This document shows, piece after piece, positions 26,235 through 39,898 of a stretch of 64,000 nucleotides of DNA (position 1 is the stretch's first letter; each line of letters opens with the position of its first letter). The notes beneath the pieces were generated by a model. The model saw only the letters and a list, made by a program, of their open reading frames with translations, was not told the DNA's origin and ran no database searches. The translations under genes were made by a program, and so were the position numbers. The DNA comes from Eledone cirrhosa (lineage: Eukaryota): contig OZ024744.1 of NCBI GenBank assembly GCA_964016885.1, positions 72,106,001 to 72,170,000 of the forward strand, in the 5' to 3' direction.

Positions 26235-29200
26235 TAATACAATCAATACAATAAAAATACAAAAATACCCCCAAAAAACAGGAAGATATCCTAGGCGCGC
26301 AGTGGAACTTATTCCTTCCACAAGAAATGAAAGACTGCACTTCCTCTACGCATTCTGTGGTCTCGGTGGAAGAAAAGTAAAGGACAATAATAAGTGAGTG
26401 CAGAGTGGTTTCATCGTTATCCGCATATTTCGGACAAGGCTGACTGACACCACCTGTACTTGTAAAGTGTATGTCGAATTTGCACTGCTCTCCTATAACA
26501 CTGCCAGGCCAGGGATTTCTGGAAATTGCCCTTAATCTCCGGTCCGAAACTCTTCCAAAACAGGCTAGTCAGTTCAATCTGGTCGATGCTTAAATTTTCC
26601 CCAAAACGCAGTCGGTCTTGCTCAGCACTAGTCCTCCGTAGAATGCTAACGTGGGATTTTCTCAGATCACTTTGATAGAGAAGTCTGAACGCCTGACAAC
26701 ATTCCAGCTGCCAGCTGCCTAGTCTCGGTCACAGTTCCATTCTGTGTATCATAGCCCCAGAATGCCAAGTCCTCCGCGCACATGACAAGTGAAACCTGCC
26801 CTCTGCACAAAAAGTGAAAAGCACACGATCCAATCTGGCGTGGCGAGCTGGAACAAGGCCCGGCGCATTCCAAGTAATATATAGCTAAAGTCATACATGC
26901 GTTCGCCACATTTGCCCGACATTCCAGGGATAGCTTTTTCTCGGCTTAACTCTGGGTTAGACAGATTATCCTGTCCGTTATCTAGCCACAGTTCTTATCC
27001 ACGTGGTGGTCCAGACCAAACCAGATCATGAACGCGTCAGATGCGATGCCACACCAAAGCTCATCTAGTTTAACTCCTAACCCTCTCTTTGCAATATGTT
27101 TTTTTCTATTGTTACTTCTTTGTAAAAACTATTGATCCTAATCGATCTAGCTGATCCGCTGTGACTATTCCATGTTCACACAGGTGTATTCGATACCTGC
27201 CAGCTAGTTGAAACCGTCTGATCAGGTTTTGAAGCGTTTGTTTCCCCTTCTTCTATCAGCTATACCCACACAATTCCTTTTTGCATCCAAGATGCTGCTC
27301 CAATCCTAAGCCAAGAGTAAGAAAGGCTTTCAGACGCCTGAAGAAATCTGGTCATCCTTCTGCAGGACATTGATGGCCACCGGTCTGAAAGCATCACCTT
27401 CGTTATCATTACATCCAAGACCACCAACTCATGGAAGATCGTCTTCACCTCGAGATCCAGGTTTTTATGCAGAAGTAATTTAAAATTCAGTACGAACAAC
27501 AGGGATGAGAGGGGACAATCTTGATAGACCACGCGCATAATGTAAGAAGTAACATTTCACTATGATCACTGAATAAATGTCGTTGTGCATAACAGCGATC
27601 CAGGCCCTGAAAACGGGTCCATAACCCGGCTGCCCTGAAGATTGCTGCCAGGTATGGATAGTTAACCTTATCGAAAGTTTTCGTATGTCAAATCTGATCA
27701 GGACCTCATCCGTGCCAGGTTCCTTGGCCACCCATATCGCATAAGGTGGAATTTGTCGTGGTTGGATTTTTTCAGAATGGCGAATGTCTGCGCGTCCCCT
27801 ACCAGACCACTGAAAACAAATGCTAGCCTCGGAGATAAAATCTTATGCAAAATTTTGGAATCTGCATTTAGTAGAATTATAGGCTTGAAATTAACGATAT
27901 CGTCCACCTAGTTCGGATCCTTTCTATGCACTTCCACTGCTCCACAGCTCACAGTTGCAGTAGATGTTACCCAAGAGAAAATAGAACAAGTCTAGCATAT
28001 AGATGTAGAACTCGTATGGCAGACCATCTGAACCAGGCGATTTACACTTCGTGCAGCTGGTCATCACCTGTATTTTAGCAGTCCACCAAAGTAGGCACTA
28101 TAGTCCATCCCTTGATCCATCCCACCACCACTCCTGGAGAGTTGAGCGATGAGCTGTTGAAAAGCCGCACACATCCGCTTAGGATCGAGTAACATGCGCT
28201 CGTCATGGTCCACCAATGACCGGATTGTGATTTGTTGCCACACCACGCAACCACCACTTGGACCGATTCAACGGCTATCATCGCTTCATGAGGACGCACC
28301 CTAGCACTGTCAACGTAGCCTTCGTGTTTTACATTGTAAAACGGCTCTAGTGCCAATTTCGCTGCGAGCATGCCCGTCGCGATGACTTTTCTAAATGCCT
28401 TTTCTAGTTTCCTGACTAGTTCTCCCTCTAATCTATTTCTTTTTAGAGCTAGTGCCTTGCCAAACCTTATCGAATGTACTCTAATCGCCCTTTAGATTGT
28501 GGACAACTATTTTTGGTTAGCGATTGCCCCCATCAACTCCCGCTTAACTATTTCACTTATTCGGCTCTCGCAGTTTGCACACCGAACAGAACCCCTATAG
28601 TTTTCAGTAACCGGGTACTTATCTATGATTAGGTTGATTACACAGATCGACTACTTTAATTTGTGGACCACCTATGCTAGCCTTATCTACTTCCCTACAG
28701 ATACGATCTGGATGATCCGATGCGGTTTGACCAGGTTCACGCTGGCACATTCGAGAAATCCAGTCGGTGCCGCTCAGACGTTTGGAATTGTCTGAGCAGG
28801 TCTATGAGGCTTTTGCATCTGTCCTCTAACCTCACATAATCCTAGCGTCCAACTAAGATCCTAATCCCGTCGCCCACTAACACTAATAAAAGGTTTCCAG
28901 ACGTTTAAAGAATTTTGGTCGTCTTTCACATGTCAGTGCATAGACGACAACTAACCTGAAAGCATCTAACCAGTGCCACCAAGTTACATTTCGGATCAAT
29001 GACGTTGATCCGTATCATGAGATCTAGGTCGTTCCGAAACAACACAGGGACTCTGGCTCCTGATCCCTTACGACTTGGAGATGCGAACAGCACATAGTCG
29101 CCAAAATCGGGTGCGATGTTTCGGTGATGACTACTACATCTAAATTCATTAGCGTAAAGTCGTTGAGCAAGTGACCCTGCTTCCAAGGTGCTCCAGACCG

Positions 29201-31720
29201 CGTGTATTCTGACAGCCTATCTTGAGTATGGCCATTTTAATGAGAAAAGAAGAAAAGTGAGAAAGAACACTTTGTTTTGTGTGGAAGGGTAGTTTGTCCA
29301 ACCTTCCGGTTATTTTGGCATGTTTCCACCAGTAGATGCGCTTGGAAATGTTCCTTCGGAAATCATCGATTTCTATTGGGAAATTACTTTTTAGATGTGT
29401 ATATGTGTCTTGCATTATCTAAATGATTCGTATGTGTGTGGGTATGGGGATTATGGGTGTTATAAAATTTACTTGCGTGGTGGTTGTGTGTGCTTTTATG
29501 TATTTCAGTAGTTTTGTATTCTTTGTGTTTATGACAATCTGGTTTTTAATGTTTGTTTCTTTACATGGTTTGATATTGTGCTTGTTGTTGCATGTGTATG
29601 TCTGGTTGCGTTTGTGGTGATGGTGGTTGTGGAAGTGTTAGGGGGTATCTGAGGCAGTGTTGATTCTGGAATGATAGTTGTTTATGATGTTTTTGTTTTG
29701 CGGTCTATATTATTTTCTGTGGGCGAGGTTTGTTCGTTATCTTTATAGTTTTGTTTTTCTTTTTACCCCTTTTCTACGTTTTGTCCCCATTTCCCAGTTT
29801 TCGTCTTGACCAGACTTACCACATGTAATGTCTAGCCGCTCGGAATCGGTAAGTAGCATGTCTTCCATTCGAGTTTAATGGTGACTGGGAGATTCCATTG
29901 TTGCTGTAGAGGGTACAGGTGTTGATGTGTTTGTTGATGCAGTTTTGATGTTTGTTGATGTTGCTGTTCGTCCGGGTGGTGATTTTTATTTGATTTTTAT
30001 TTTTTGCTCTCTGATCTTTGATGGCCATAACTAGTGGTTTTCCTTTGTGTTGGGAGAAGAGGGGGTTCTTTTCTCCTTCTCCTTTAGTGTTGGGTAGAGA
30101 ACTTTTAGGTGCGCTGTTGTCACATAAATATGGCTTTTTTGTTTTTACCCTCTACTCTTATAGGCAGGCTGATGCCGCCTGTGAGATCTATCTGCTGAGG
30201 GTTGGCATCAGCATTTTTTTTATTAGTTTGGTTGTGGAGTTCTCTCCCTACCTCTGACCAGTTTTCTTTTTTGGTCTGGTAGGCTTGGAGGTGTTTTATG
30301 ATCTCCTCGATGTCTCTCGTGACCGCTGCAGTTAACAAGGGAATGGCTATTTCTGGCAGCACCTGCTGGATACGTATCCTTACTAATTTCTGACCGCAGT
30401 AGTAATTGACGAGCAGGAATTCGTCGCTTTACAAGGATTTTAGGGAATGAGAACTTGCTTCTTCTGTAGCAAATCAGACCCCTTCTGGGGCGAAACCCTG
30501 CCTTTTTGCATATATGTTTTAGGTTCCAGACGGAGCGTAAAGCCTTTTTATATTTGAGTCTCTGCGGCTCTCTCCACCGTATTTTGGGCGGTCTGGCTCT
30601 TTCTACCAAGGGCCTAGCTTCTGTTACTTCTTCATTGCAGTAGTTTACTTGTTGGGGGAAGTAATTCTTGACACTTGCGAAATAGATACTTCTATTAGAA
30701 ATTGTTGTAGCCCTGATTGTTGCGCTTTTGCATTTGCATGCATATTCCTGACCAGTTCCTCTTCTCATTCTCTGTATTTGCAGTATGGTGGTCTTATCCT
30801 CGATTACAGCCAGTACAGACTTGGCCAGCCAAGGTATGGGCACGTCGGATGGGACCTTGGTCACTTTGACCCTCACAATTTTCTGCCCGCAGTAGGAGGG
30901 CACCAAGACTATCTCCTCACGTGCGCAGCTGCCGGTCTTTGAAGAAATCGGGTGGAGGTTTCAGGGAAACTCTATTTTCATTCCTTATCACCATGGCTCT
31001 TGCGACTGCCATCTCCTCCTCCGTGACTAGCACTGTCTCTATATTTCGGGCCACACCTGCGAAAGAAGTGGCTCCTTTTACAGCGGCACCATTATTGGTG
31101 CCGCTACTGCTGCTACTGGTCTTGTTGTTGGTGCTGTTGATGTTGCTACTGCTACAAACAGTGCTGTTGGTGTTGTTGCTGTTATCACTGTTGTAGTTGG
31201 TTGTGAATTTGGTGCCACCATTTTCGGTGCAATTTGTATTGTTGCTGTTGGTGTTGGTGTTTATTTTCTTGTTAGTGGTGTTAATATCGTTGTTGCATTT
31301 GTTGTCATTTTTTTCTGTTGTCTGTATTTTGGTTGACGCTGTTATTGTAGTTGGTGTGGTATTTTTTAAAAATTAGTTTTCTCTGTGTTGTCTTTGTTCA
31401 CGTTGTTTGTGGTGGTGTTTGTCGTATGAATTTCACTAATCCTCCTCTCAACTTTTACGCCGTTGTCACACGACAGCAGACATATTGCTGGGGGCGTGAC
31501 TCAGCCATGCTTTTTTTTTTTTTTTTTTTTTTCAATAGTAAAATGTTCAAATATTGTTCAATTATTTGGGCCAAAAGTGCCAAATATTATACTTTCCCCT
31601 TCACAGGGCAAAGTCCAAGGGCTTATATCTCTTACACACCAGAAAAATTAAACAACAAATAATTATAACAGTTATATAAAGCGACTTAAAAAGCGAGCAA
31701 AAGAGACGTCCGAACAGACC
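26235..31720 (-). mobile_element. Old, rearranged Tx1/L1-clade LINE
   Basis: APE start MAILKIGCQNTRGL (about 29235), RT fragments FKPIILLNADSKILHK and QDCPLSSLLFVL, ORF1 YCGQK.V..+V domains; the 5' end abuts (AAT)n at 31721-31738. Confidence 0.8.
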
Positions 31721-32173
31721 AATAATAATAATAATAATCTTAACTATAATAAAGGGAGGAGTGTGGGACAGCGTCCAGAATATATCTTTTTTTATCCCGT
31801 TTGTAAAATAAGTTGGATTACTTTGAATAAATAATGAATGAATATTACATAATTTATCTACTAAATTTCGTTATTCTTGATTTAATATAAATAATTTTGT
31901 CGCTTATTTTAAGATTCACTTCTTTAAAATGTTCAAATGTCAACACTTCCAGTTAGAGATCGCTTAAATAAACATTCATATATTTCTGTCAATGGATTAC
32001 GTTACTGATTACATAAGACAGTGTAACGCAGTCTTCGTTCAATTTCTGTGTATATTGTCAATTATGATTTTATTTGACGTATCATATCTACATGTATATA
32101 TACTGGTGTATAATATCAATATGCACACTACACAGGTTAGCAGAAAACCATCCGAAGAGTAGAATTTCGGCTA

Positions 32174-32219
<46 letters not shown>

Positions 32220-32220
<1 letters not shown>

Positions 32221-33150
32221 GCAGGTAAAAGTAACTGCAAAGAAAGAACTGCTACAGAAACTGGCTAAGAAAAGCCTCTGTATGGAAAATACCCAGAAAG
32301 AGTTAACAATCCTGATGTTGACAAAACTTTAACCCATCAGTGGTTGGCAATCATCTGGACTGAAATCGGAGACTGAAGGACTGATTATATCAGCACAAGA
32401 TCAGTGTCTGCCAAAAAATTACCAAGCCAACATAATAAGAAAATGGATGTAACCCATTATGCCGTGTATGCAAAAAACAGCCAGAGACCATTGACCATAT
32501 AATTTCAATGTGCAGTCCTATAGATCCAACCGAATACCTAAACAGGTACGACAGAGCTGCACAATACATACATTGCATAATGTGTAAGCATTTTGACCTG
32601 CCACATCAAAAGAATTGGTGGGAGCATCAAGCACCTCCCGTACTTGAAAAAAGGATCACATCCAAACAGACCGAAAAATAGATGCAAATAGACCTGATAT
32701 AATACTGACGGACTTTAAAAAGAGGGTATGTCTGCTAATTGATATGTCCGTTCCAATATACAAGAATGTATCTATAAAAACATTTGAAAAATTGGTCAAG
32801 TATAAGGACCTGGAGATAGAAATTGGAAAAATGTGGAAGTTGAGAACTAAAACAATACCATTGGTTGTAGGCGCTCTAGGAATGATACCTAAGGGGTCTA
32901 ATGATTACTTAACGCAATTCCCAGGGAATCTGCGTATAGAAGATATTCAAAAGATAGTACTAATGGGAACTGACCATATACTAAGGAACATTCTGTCAAT
33001 ATAAGTACATCACGAGTCTATACACTTAAAGATGCATGTGTGTGTATGTATGTTCTTTCTTGAACATGGCGGACCTTGTTGTCGCTTGAGGTCACTGGTT
33101 GTGACTTGGTGATAACTCGTATGAACATAAAGCAAGATAAATACAACTGT
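32220..33150 (+). mobile_element. Degenerate 3' part of a divergent R4-clade RLE retrotransposon
   Basis: KPLYGKYP, CRVCKKQPETIDHIISMC, NRPDII...LIDMSVP, IPLVVGALG; begins right after (AAT)n 32175-32219. Confidence 0.8.
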
Positions 33151-33360
33151 AAGGCGCACTAGGCACTATCTCAAAAAGTTTCCAAAGATGGTTAAAGAAA
33201 ATTGGTCCCACCCCGCTTTTTGGAACACTTCAAAAGGCATGCTTGCTGGGAACAGCAAGAACCCTCCGATACGTTCTGAATATCTGAGGCTGCAGGTAGT
33301 GGCTTGATATTCATTTCAACAAACTTTCCAGTTAAATAACATCAATGACTGAGACTCAAA

Positions 33361-33361
<1 letters not shown>
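33151..33361 (+). mobile_element. R4/Dong 3' terminal fragment (sister subfamily)
   Basis: Matches 21400-21607; (AAT)n tail 33362-33401. Confidence 0.85.
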
Positions 33362-33401
<40 letters not shown>

Positions 33402-33406
<5 letters not shown>

Positions 33407-36156
33407 GCGAGAGGAAACAACAGACAAGAAAGAGCAGAGCCGTGGTGGAAGAAGCGACTGAGTGGGCAAATCGGGGAAATGAGAAATGACATAGGAAAGC
33501 TTGAGTCACTACTGAATGGGACACTAAAAAACATAGGCACTAAAAATAGACTGGAAATAAAATACAAAACTAGGAGTAAAAAGCTAAATATTATCATAGA
33601 GGAATTGAAGCAACGCATTGTAGCAAAGAGTGCCAAAATCAGGCGATACGAGAACAGAGTCAGTCAGTATAAACAGAACCGCATGTTCGACAACAACCAG
33701 AAGATGCTGTTTGGACAGCTTGAGGGGAAAGAAAGAGGCAACGACTTGATCCCTGGGGCGGAACAAGCTAAAACATTCTGGAGAGGAATATGGGAGCAGG
33801 ATGTTAGACACAATGCCCAGGCAGGGTGGATTGAGACAGTACAGAGGGAGATCGGTGAGCAGGCACAACAACAGACTGATTTGAGTATCACAGTTGAAAC
33901 TCTTAAGGGGCAAGCCAAAAACATAACCAACTGGAAATCACCAGGCCCAGATGGTGTGCAGGGGTATTGGATTAAACATTTAACATCCCTCCACCCGAAG
34001 CTGACGGCCATGTTCAATGACTGCTTGGTGTCGGGTGAGGTGCCAGAGTGGTTGACAAAAGGTACCACAGTTCTGATAATGAAAGACCGAAGCAAGGGTA
34101 ATGATGTTACCAACTATAGACCTATCACATGTCTGCCCGTAATGTGGAAACTGTTGACGAGCATTGTGTCTGAGGAAATCTACCATCACCTCCACACAAA
34201 CAACTTGTTACCGGACGAACAGAAAGGATGCCGAAAGAAGTCACGTGGTACAAAGGACCAGTTGCTTATTGATAATATGGTAATGGGGAATTGCAGGAGG
34301 AGACACACTGATCTTGCCATGGGATGGATAGACTACAGAAAGGCATTTGACATGGTGCCTCATTCCTGGATCACCAAAAGCCTGGAGATCTTCAGGGTGG
34401 CAGATAACATCAGACAGTTGCTGGGCAGGAGTATGGGGTCCTGGGAGACAGAGTTGACATCAACTGGAGTATCCTTGGGAAGCGTGAAGATCAAGAGAGG
34501 TATCTTCCAGGGAGATAGCCTGTCCCCTCTGTTGTTTGTCCTTGCCCTGATGCCCTTGACCATTATGCTGCGAAAAGTGAGAGCAGGATACAAGTTGGGA
34601 AGGGGAGAGCTTACCATCAATCACCTCCTCTTCATGGACGATCTTAAGCTCTTCGGGAAAAGTGAGAAGGAGTTGGATGTGCTTGTTGACACTGTCCGTA
34701 TTTTCAGCAGTGATATATGTATGCAGTTTGGTATTGGTAAATGTGGAGTCATTGTGATGAGGAGGGGTAGGTTGAGCAGAAGTAACGGGATCCAGATACC
34801 AACAGGTGAGATGATAAAGGAAATTGACTCTGAGGAAGGATACAAGTATTTGGGCGTTCTGGAGGCTGATGGCATAAAGAACAAAAAAATGAAGGAATTG
34901 TTAAGAACTGAATACATTCGGAGAGTAAGGAGCGTATTGAAGTCACATCTGAACAGCAGAAATGCCATAAGCGCAGTAAATTCCCGAGCTGTGTCTATTA
35001 TTAGGTACAGTGCGGGAATTCTGAGATGGAATGTTGCTGAACAAAAAGAAATGGATAGGAAGACTAGGAAGCTATTGACTATCTACAACATGTTCCACAA
35101 GAGGAGTGATGTCGATAGACTCTACCTAAGGAGATCTGAGGGTGGAAGAGGTCTTATCAGCATAGAGGACTGTGTTCAGATGGAGAAAAACAACCTATAC
35201 AAATACGTGACCTATAGTAAGGAGCCAATGCTCAGAGCTGTACTGAAGGAGGGGACAGTAGGCCAGGGGATATCCAAGGGGATATCCAAGGAGGAAATAA
35301 CATCAAGGAGGAAGAGCAGCCTTAAGGGAAAATCCCTTCATAGTACCTTCTTTGAGAAAACTGAATTTAGAGATCCACAGACATGGAACTGGTTGAGAAG
35401 AGGAGACCTCAAAAAGGCTACAGAAGGAATGCTAATGGCTGCGCAGGAGCAGGCCCTCAAAACGAAGTGGTTGAAGCACCATATCTACAAGGAGGAGGCT
35501 AGCCCACTGTGCAGGATCTGTGGAGAGAGAGAGGAGACTGTGGCCCACATTGTGTCCGAGTGTAAACACCTAGCCCAGACCCACTATAAGGGCTGGAGAC
35601 ACGATGTGATGGGCAGGGTGATCCACTGGCACCTGTGCAAAGTAAACAATCTACCACATTCTGAGAAATGGTATGAGCATAGGCCAGAGGCGGTGATGGA
35701 GAACAGTCAGGTGAAGGTGCTGTGGGATTTTAGGATACAGACGGACAAAAAACTGGAACACAATAGACCTGACCTGGTGGTTGTGGACAAAGAAAAAAGA
35801 TCGTGCCTGATTGTGGATGTGGCCTGCCCGTTCGACACGAGAGTGCAAGAGAAGGAGAGGGAGAAAATTAACCGATACCAGGACCTAAAGTGGGAGGTGA
35901 AAAGGATTTGGAACTGCCATGAAGTCAAAGTGATCCCGATTGTCATAGGCGCACTGGGGACTATCTCCAAAGGTTTCCAGGGATGGTTAAAGAAGATCGG
36001 CCCCTTCACGCTTTTTGGAACGCTTCAAAAGGCATGCTTGCTTGGAACGGCAAGAACCCTCCGATACGTCCTGAATATCTGAGGCTGCAGGTAGTGGCTT
36101 GATATTCAATCCAACGGACTTTCCAGTTAACCAACATCAATGACTGAGATTCAAGG
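33402..36156 (+). mobile_element. 5'-truncated R4/Dong retrotransposon with an intact 867-aa RT-CCHC-RLE reading frame
   Basis: ORF 33479-36082 nearly identical to the 17.7-21.2 kb copy; 12-bp in-frame duplication (GISK GISK) at about 35268-35291; (AAT)n on both sides. Confidence 0.93.
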
Positions 36157-36210
36157 AATAACAATAACAATAATAATAATAATAATAATGATAATAATAA
36201 TAATAATAAT

Positions 36211-39010
36211 GTTTTCTTTATTAACCACAAGGGTTTACATAAAGTAGACATTAAGGACAGTACAGGACAATACAGGACGGTACAAATGGGCATTTCTGCG
36301 TGTAAAAAAAAACAGAGGATGAAATAAAATAACAAAGAAAAATTCCCCAATAGGGGGGAGAATTCCGAGGGACATTTGTGGAGAAAGCCCATTAAAAGAC
36401 CACAGTGGCCCTGACCACCAGGGCAAGTGCCCTTTCCCAGTTTTCCACCTTTAATTTACAGACACATACTCAGAGAAGGCCCATTCATTCGGGCCATACT
36501 TGCTTCTCTCACCCATCTTTCAACAAAATGCTGGGAAGAGAGCACTTCCCTCTCTACCCTGATTTTCCTTTTCAAATGAAATTTGAAAAAGTTAATCAGG
36601 GCATCACCGAAGAGGTAAGTGCTCGTCTTCAGCCCTTTCAAACGTGTCCACCATACTATCTCTTTCGCCATGGCCACCAGACAGATAAAAACTGCCTGCC
36701 CTTCCCGGCTAAAGGAAGGGGCGGGGAAATCCTCACGATGGACTCAGCTGATAGCTGGATCCGTTCTACACGTGACAGCAGGTGTTCGACATAAACCCAC
36801 AAGTCAGCAATGCTCGGACACTGGACGAGTGCGTGCAGGACGGTTTCGTCGCCCTGCGCGCATCTCGGACATGCCCGGCTGACGGCACCTCCATGCCTGT
36901 AGAGTTTATCCCGAACTGGCAAGGCTCCTCGGTAGCACTGCCAGGCCAGGGATTTCTGGAAGTTGTCCATAGGCCCCGGCCCGAAAGTCCTTCCGAAGAG
37001 ATTGGCTAGTTGATTTTCGTCGACGCCTAGAGTTTCTCCAAGTACGTCGTCGCTCTTCCCCTCCACTAATCCCCTATAGAACGCCAAGGTGGAGTTTCCA
37101 CCGATCACATTGCCCGATTGGTCGAGGGCTGTGAGCGCCTGAAGACATTCCATTCTCCAAGCGCTCCCTCTCGGTCTTCGCTTGACCCAGGACTGCAGCT
37201 CCGTCAAGGAGACGAGCTGGGGAAAAACGTGTCTAGCAAACGGCGACCACACCTGATCACCGTCGAGGAAGAGGTGGAGATGTCGTAGCCTGAGCGCGTG
37301 TCTGCGCATCATCAGCCACGGCATGCCCAGCCCTCCACGTAGCGAGTGTTGACAGCAGATGGACCGCCTGACCATCGGAGCGCGTCCCTTCCACAAGAAG
37401 CGAAAGAGCAAACGCTCCAGCGCAGTCAGGCGGGGCTTAGGACAAGGTACGACGGTCAGGCGGTAGTAGATGACGGACGCGATGTACGCGTTAGCCACCT
37501 CCGCTCGACCTTTAAGGGATAGCTTCCTCTCGGCCCATTTCTGGGTGAGAGAAGCCACCCTGCTCGTCACCTCGTCCCAGTTTTTGTCCGTCTGGAGGTC
37601 TGGACCGAACCAGACCCCTAGCAATTTAACCGGTCCGTCTGTCCAGCGCCCGACGACGCTGCTGGACGGCATGGACCTGCCACTCCAGGTGCCGAGCTGC
37701 AGGCCCACTGACTTTTCCTGGTTGATCATTGCTCCTGTCACTGCTTCGTATTCTCTTAGTGTAGTGCCGATCGCCTCGATATGTTTGGCGTTCGACACCA
37801 CTACGGTGACATCGTCCGCATATGCTGACACGGATCTTCCGCATCCTAGTTCGCGCGGGATCCCCCTCAACGTCTCCAGTTTGTGCAGTAATGGCTCGAG
37901 AGTCAATACGTACAATAGGGATGAGAGGGGACATCCTTGGCGGACCGAGCGCATGATGTTGAACGGTTCCGAAAGTGACCGTTCACTCTCACTACAGAGC
38001 AGATGTTGCTGTGCATGGCAGCGATCCAGCCTCTGAAGACGGGCCCAAAGCCAGCCGCCCTCAGGACTGCATCTAGGTAACGATGGTCGACCCTATCGAA
38101 GGCTTTCGACTGATCTAAATTGATCAAAGACCCACCCGTGCCAGGTTCCCTAGCTACCCTCTCTACGATGTATCGCATGAGGTGGAGGTTGTCGTGGATG
38201 GATCTGTCGGGAATGGCGCATGTCTGTGCCTCTCCCACCAGACCACCAACGACAAGCGCCAACCTCTTTGCTAGCACCTTGGCCAAAATCTTGAACTCTG
38301 TGTTTAGCAGAGTTATGGGCCTAAAATTATGTATGTTATCCCCCTTGTTCGGATCCTTTCTCAGCAGCGCCACCGCTCCTCGGCTCACAGAGCTGGGAAT
38401 TCTCCCGTTCTGTTGCCAGTTGCAGTAGACGTCCGCCAAGAGGCCTCCGAACAAGTTTGGCATTTGTACGTAAAGTTCATAGGGCAGACCATCCAAACCA
38501 GGCGAGTTACCCCTTGTGCATCTAGTCATTGCATCCCGTACTTCAGCGGTTGTTATCGGCTTTTCGCAACACTACGCCTCAGTGGCCGAAAGCCGCGGCA
38601 GTCCGTCGAGGTAGACACTAAAGTCCATCCCTCGATCCGGCCCGCCACTTCCCCCGAACAGTTGAGCGAAGTGTCGCTGAAAAGCTTCACACATTTGCCC
38701 GGGATCGAGTAGCATGCGCCCGTCGTGGTCCACCAAAGACCGGATCGTGGCTTTGTTGCCATGACGCGCCTCCGCCACTCGGGCCCATTGAACGGTTTTG
38801 TCCCCTCGTGTCTGAGAGCACGCACCCTAGCTCTGACAACGCAGCCTTCGTGCTTTGCATTGAAGAATTGGTCAAGAGCTAATTTCGCCGCAAGTACGTC
38901 GGTCGCGATGCCTTTGCTAAGCGCCGCATCTAATTTTCTAACTAGTTCCCCCTCTGCTTTATTTTTCTCTATTGCTAAAGTCTTACTAAACCTAATGGAC
39001 TCTATTCTAA
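36211..39010 (-). mobile_element. 5'-truncated Tx1/L1-clade LINE (RT plus C-terminus)
   Basis: ORFs 38529-37903 and 37954-36656 (SVRQGCPLS, AYADD, CPRC...H..C); (AAT)n at 36157-36210 and 39011-39033. Confidence 0.9.
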
Positions 39011-39035
39011 AATAATAATAATAATAATAATAATT

Positions 39036-39348
39036 GTTTATACTTTAGGCACAAGGCCAGCAATTACCCAGTGCATTACTGGTACTTTATTTTATAGACC
39101 TCGTAAGGATGAAAGGCAAAGTCAACAATAATAATAATAATTGTTTCCACTTTTGGCACAAGGCCAGCAATTACCCAGTGCATTACAGGTACTTTATTTT
39201 ATCGACCCTGTAAGGATGATGGGTAAAGTTTACTCAGGGGGATTTGAACTCAGAATAGCAAGGGCCGTAACTCTATGCGTCAAAGCTCTGCGTCCGACCC
39301 TCCTCCGATACTACCAATCCACCGCCAATAATAATAATAATAATAATA

Positions 39349-39404
<56 letters not shown>

Positions 39405-39790
39405 ATTACGAAACATACTAAAGAAGAAATAAAACGAAAACCATCCCACGACAAATACCCCACAAAGAAAGTTCAACCGAAATGTAAACCAAAGAGAAAT
39501 TCAACAATGGCTCAAAAGCTTCAGTCTGAAACCAGATATGAGTGGACTTATTTTCTCTGCAAAATATCAAGGGTCTGATCACAAATAATTAGAAGAACAA
39601 AATAATTGTTTCTACTTTTGGCAGAAGGCCAGCAATTAACCAATGCATTACTGGTACTTTATTTTATCGATCCCGTAAATATGAAAGGCAAAGTTAACCT
39701 CAGCGGGATTTAAACTCAGAATTTAAAGGTCCATAACCCTATGCCACTTAGCATGTTGTCCGCCGCTCAACCGCTTCTGCTAATCCACCG
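39036..39790 (-). mobile_element. Three family-A SINE copies (39036-39125, 39143-39326, 39607-39790) separated by (AAT)n/(GAT)n and a small plus-strand R4 remnant (about 39402-39600)
   Basis: SINE consensus recurs three times; the remnant reads KPSHDKYP like the 32.2-kb element. Confidence 0.8.
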
Positions 39791-39898
39791 TTCTCAATAA
39801 TGAGAACAGATCCTAACACAAGATGCAAAATTTACTACCAGCATATTGAGGTGGTTAAACACATTTCTCAATCTTTTCCAAGTATGAATATAAAGAGA

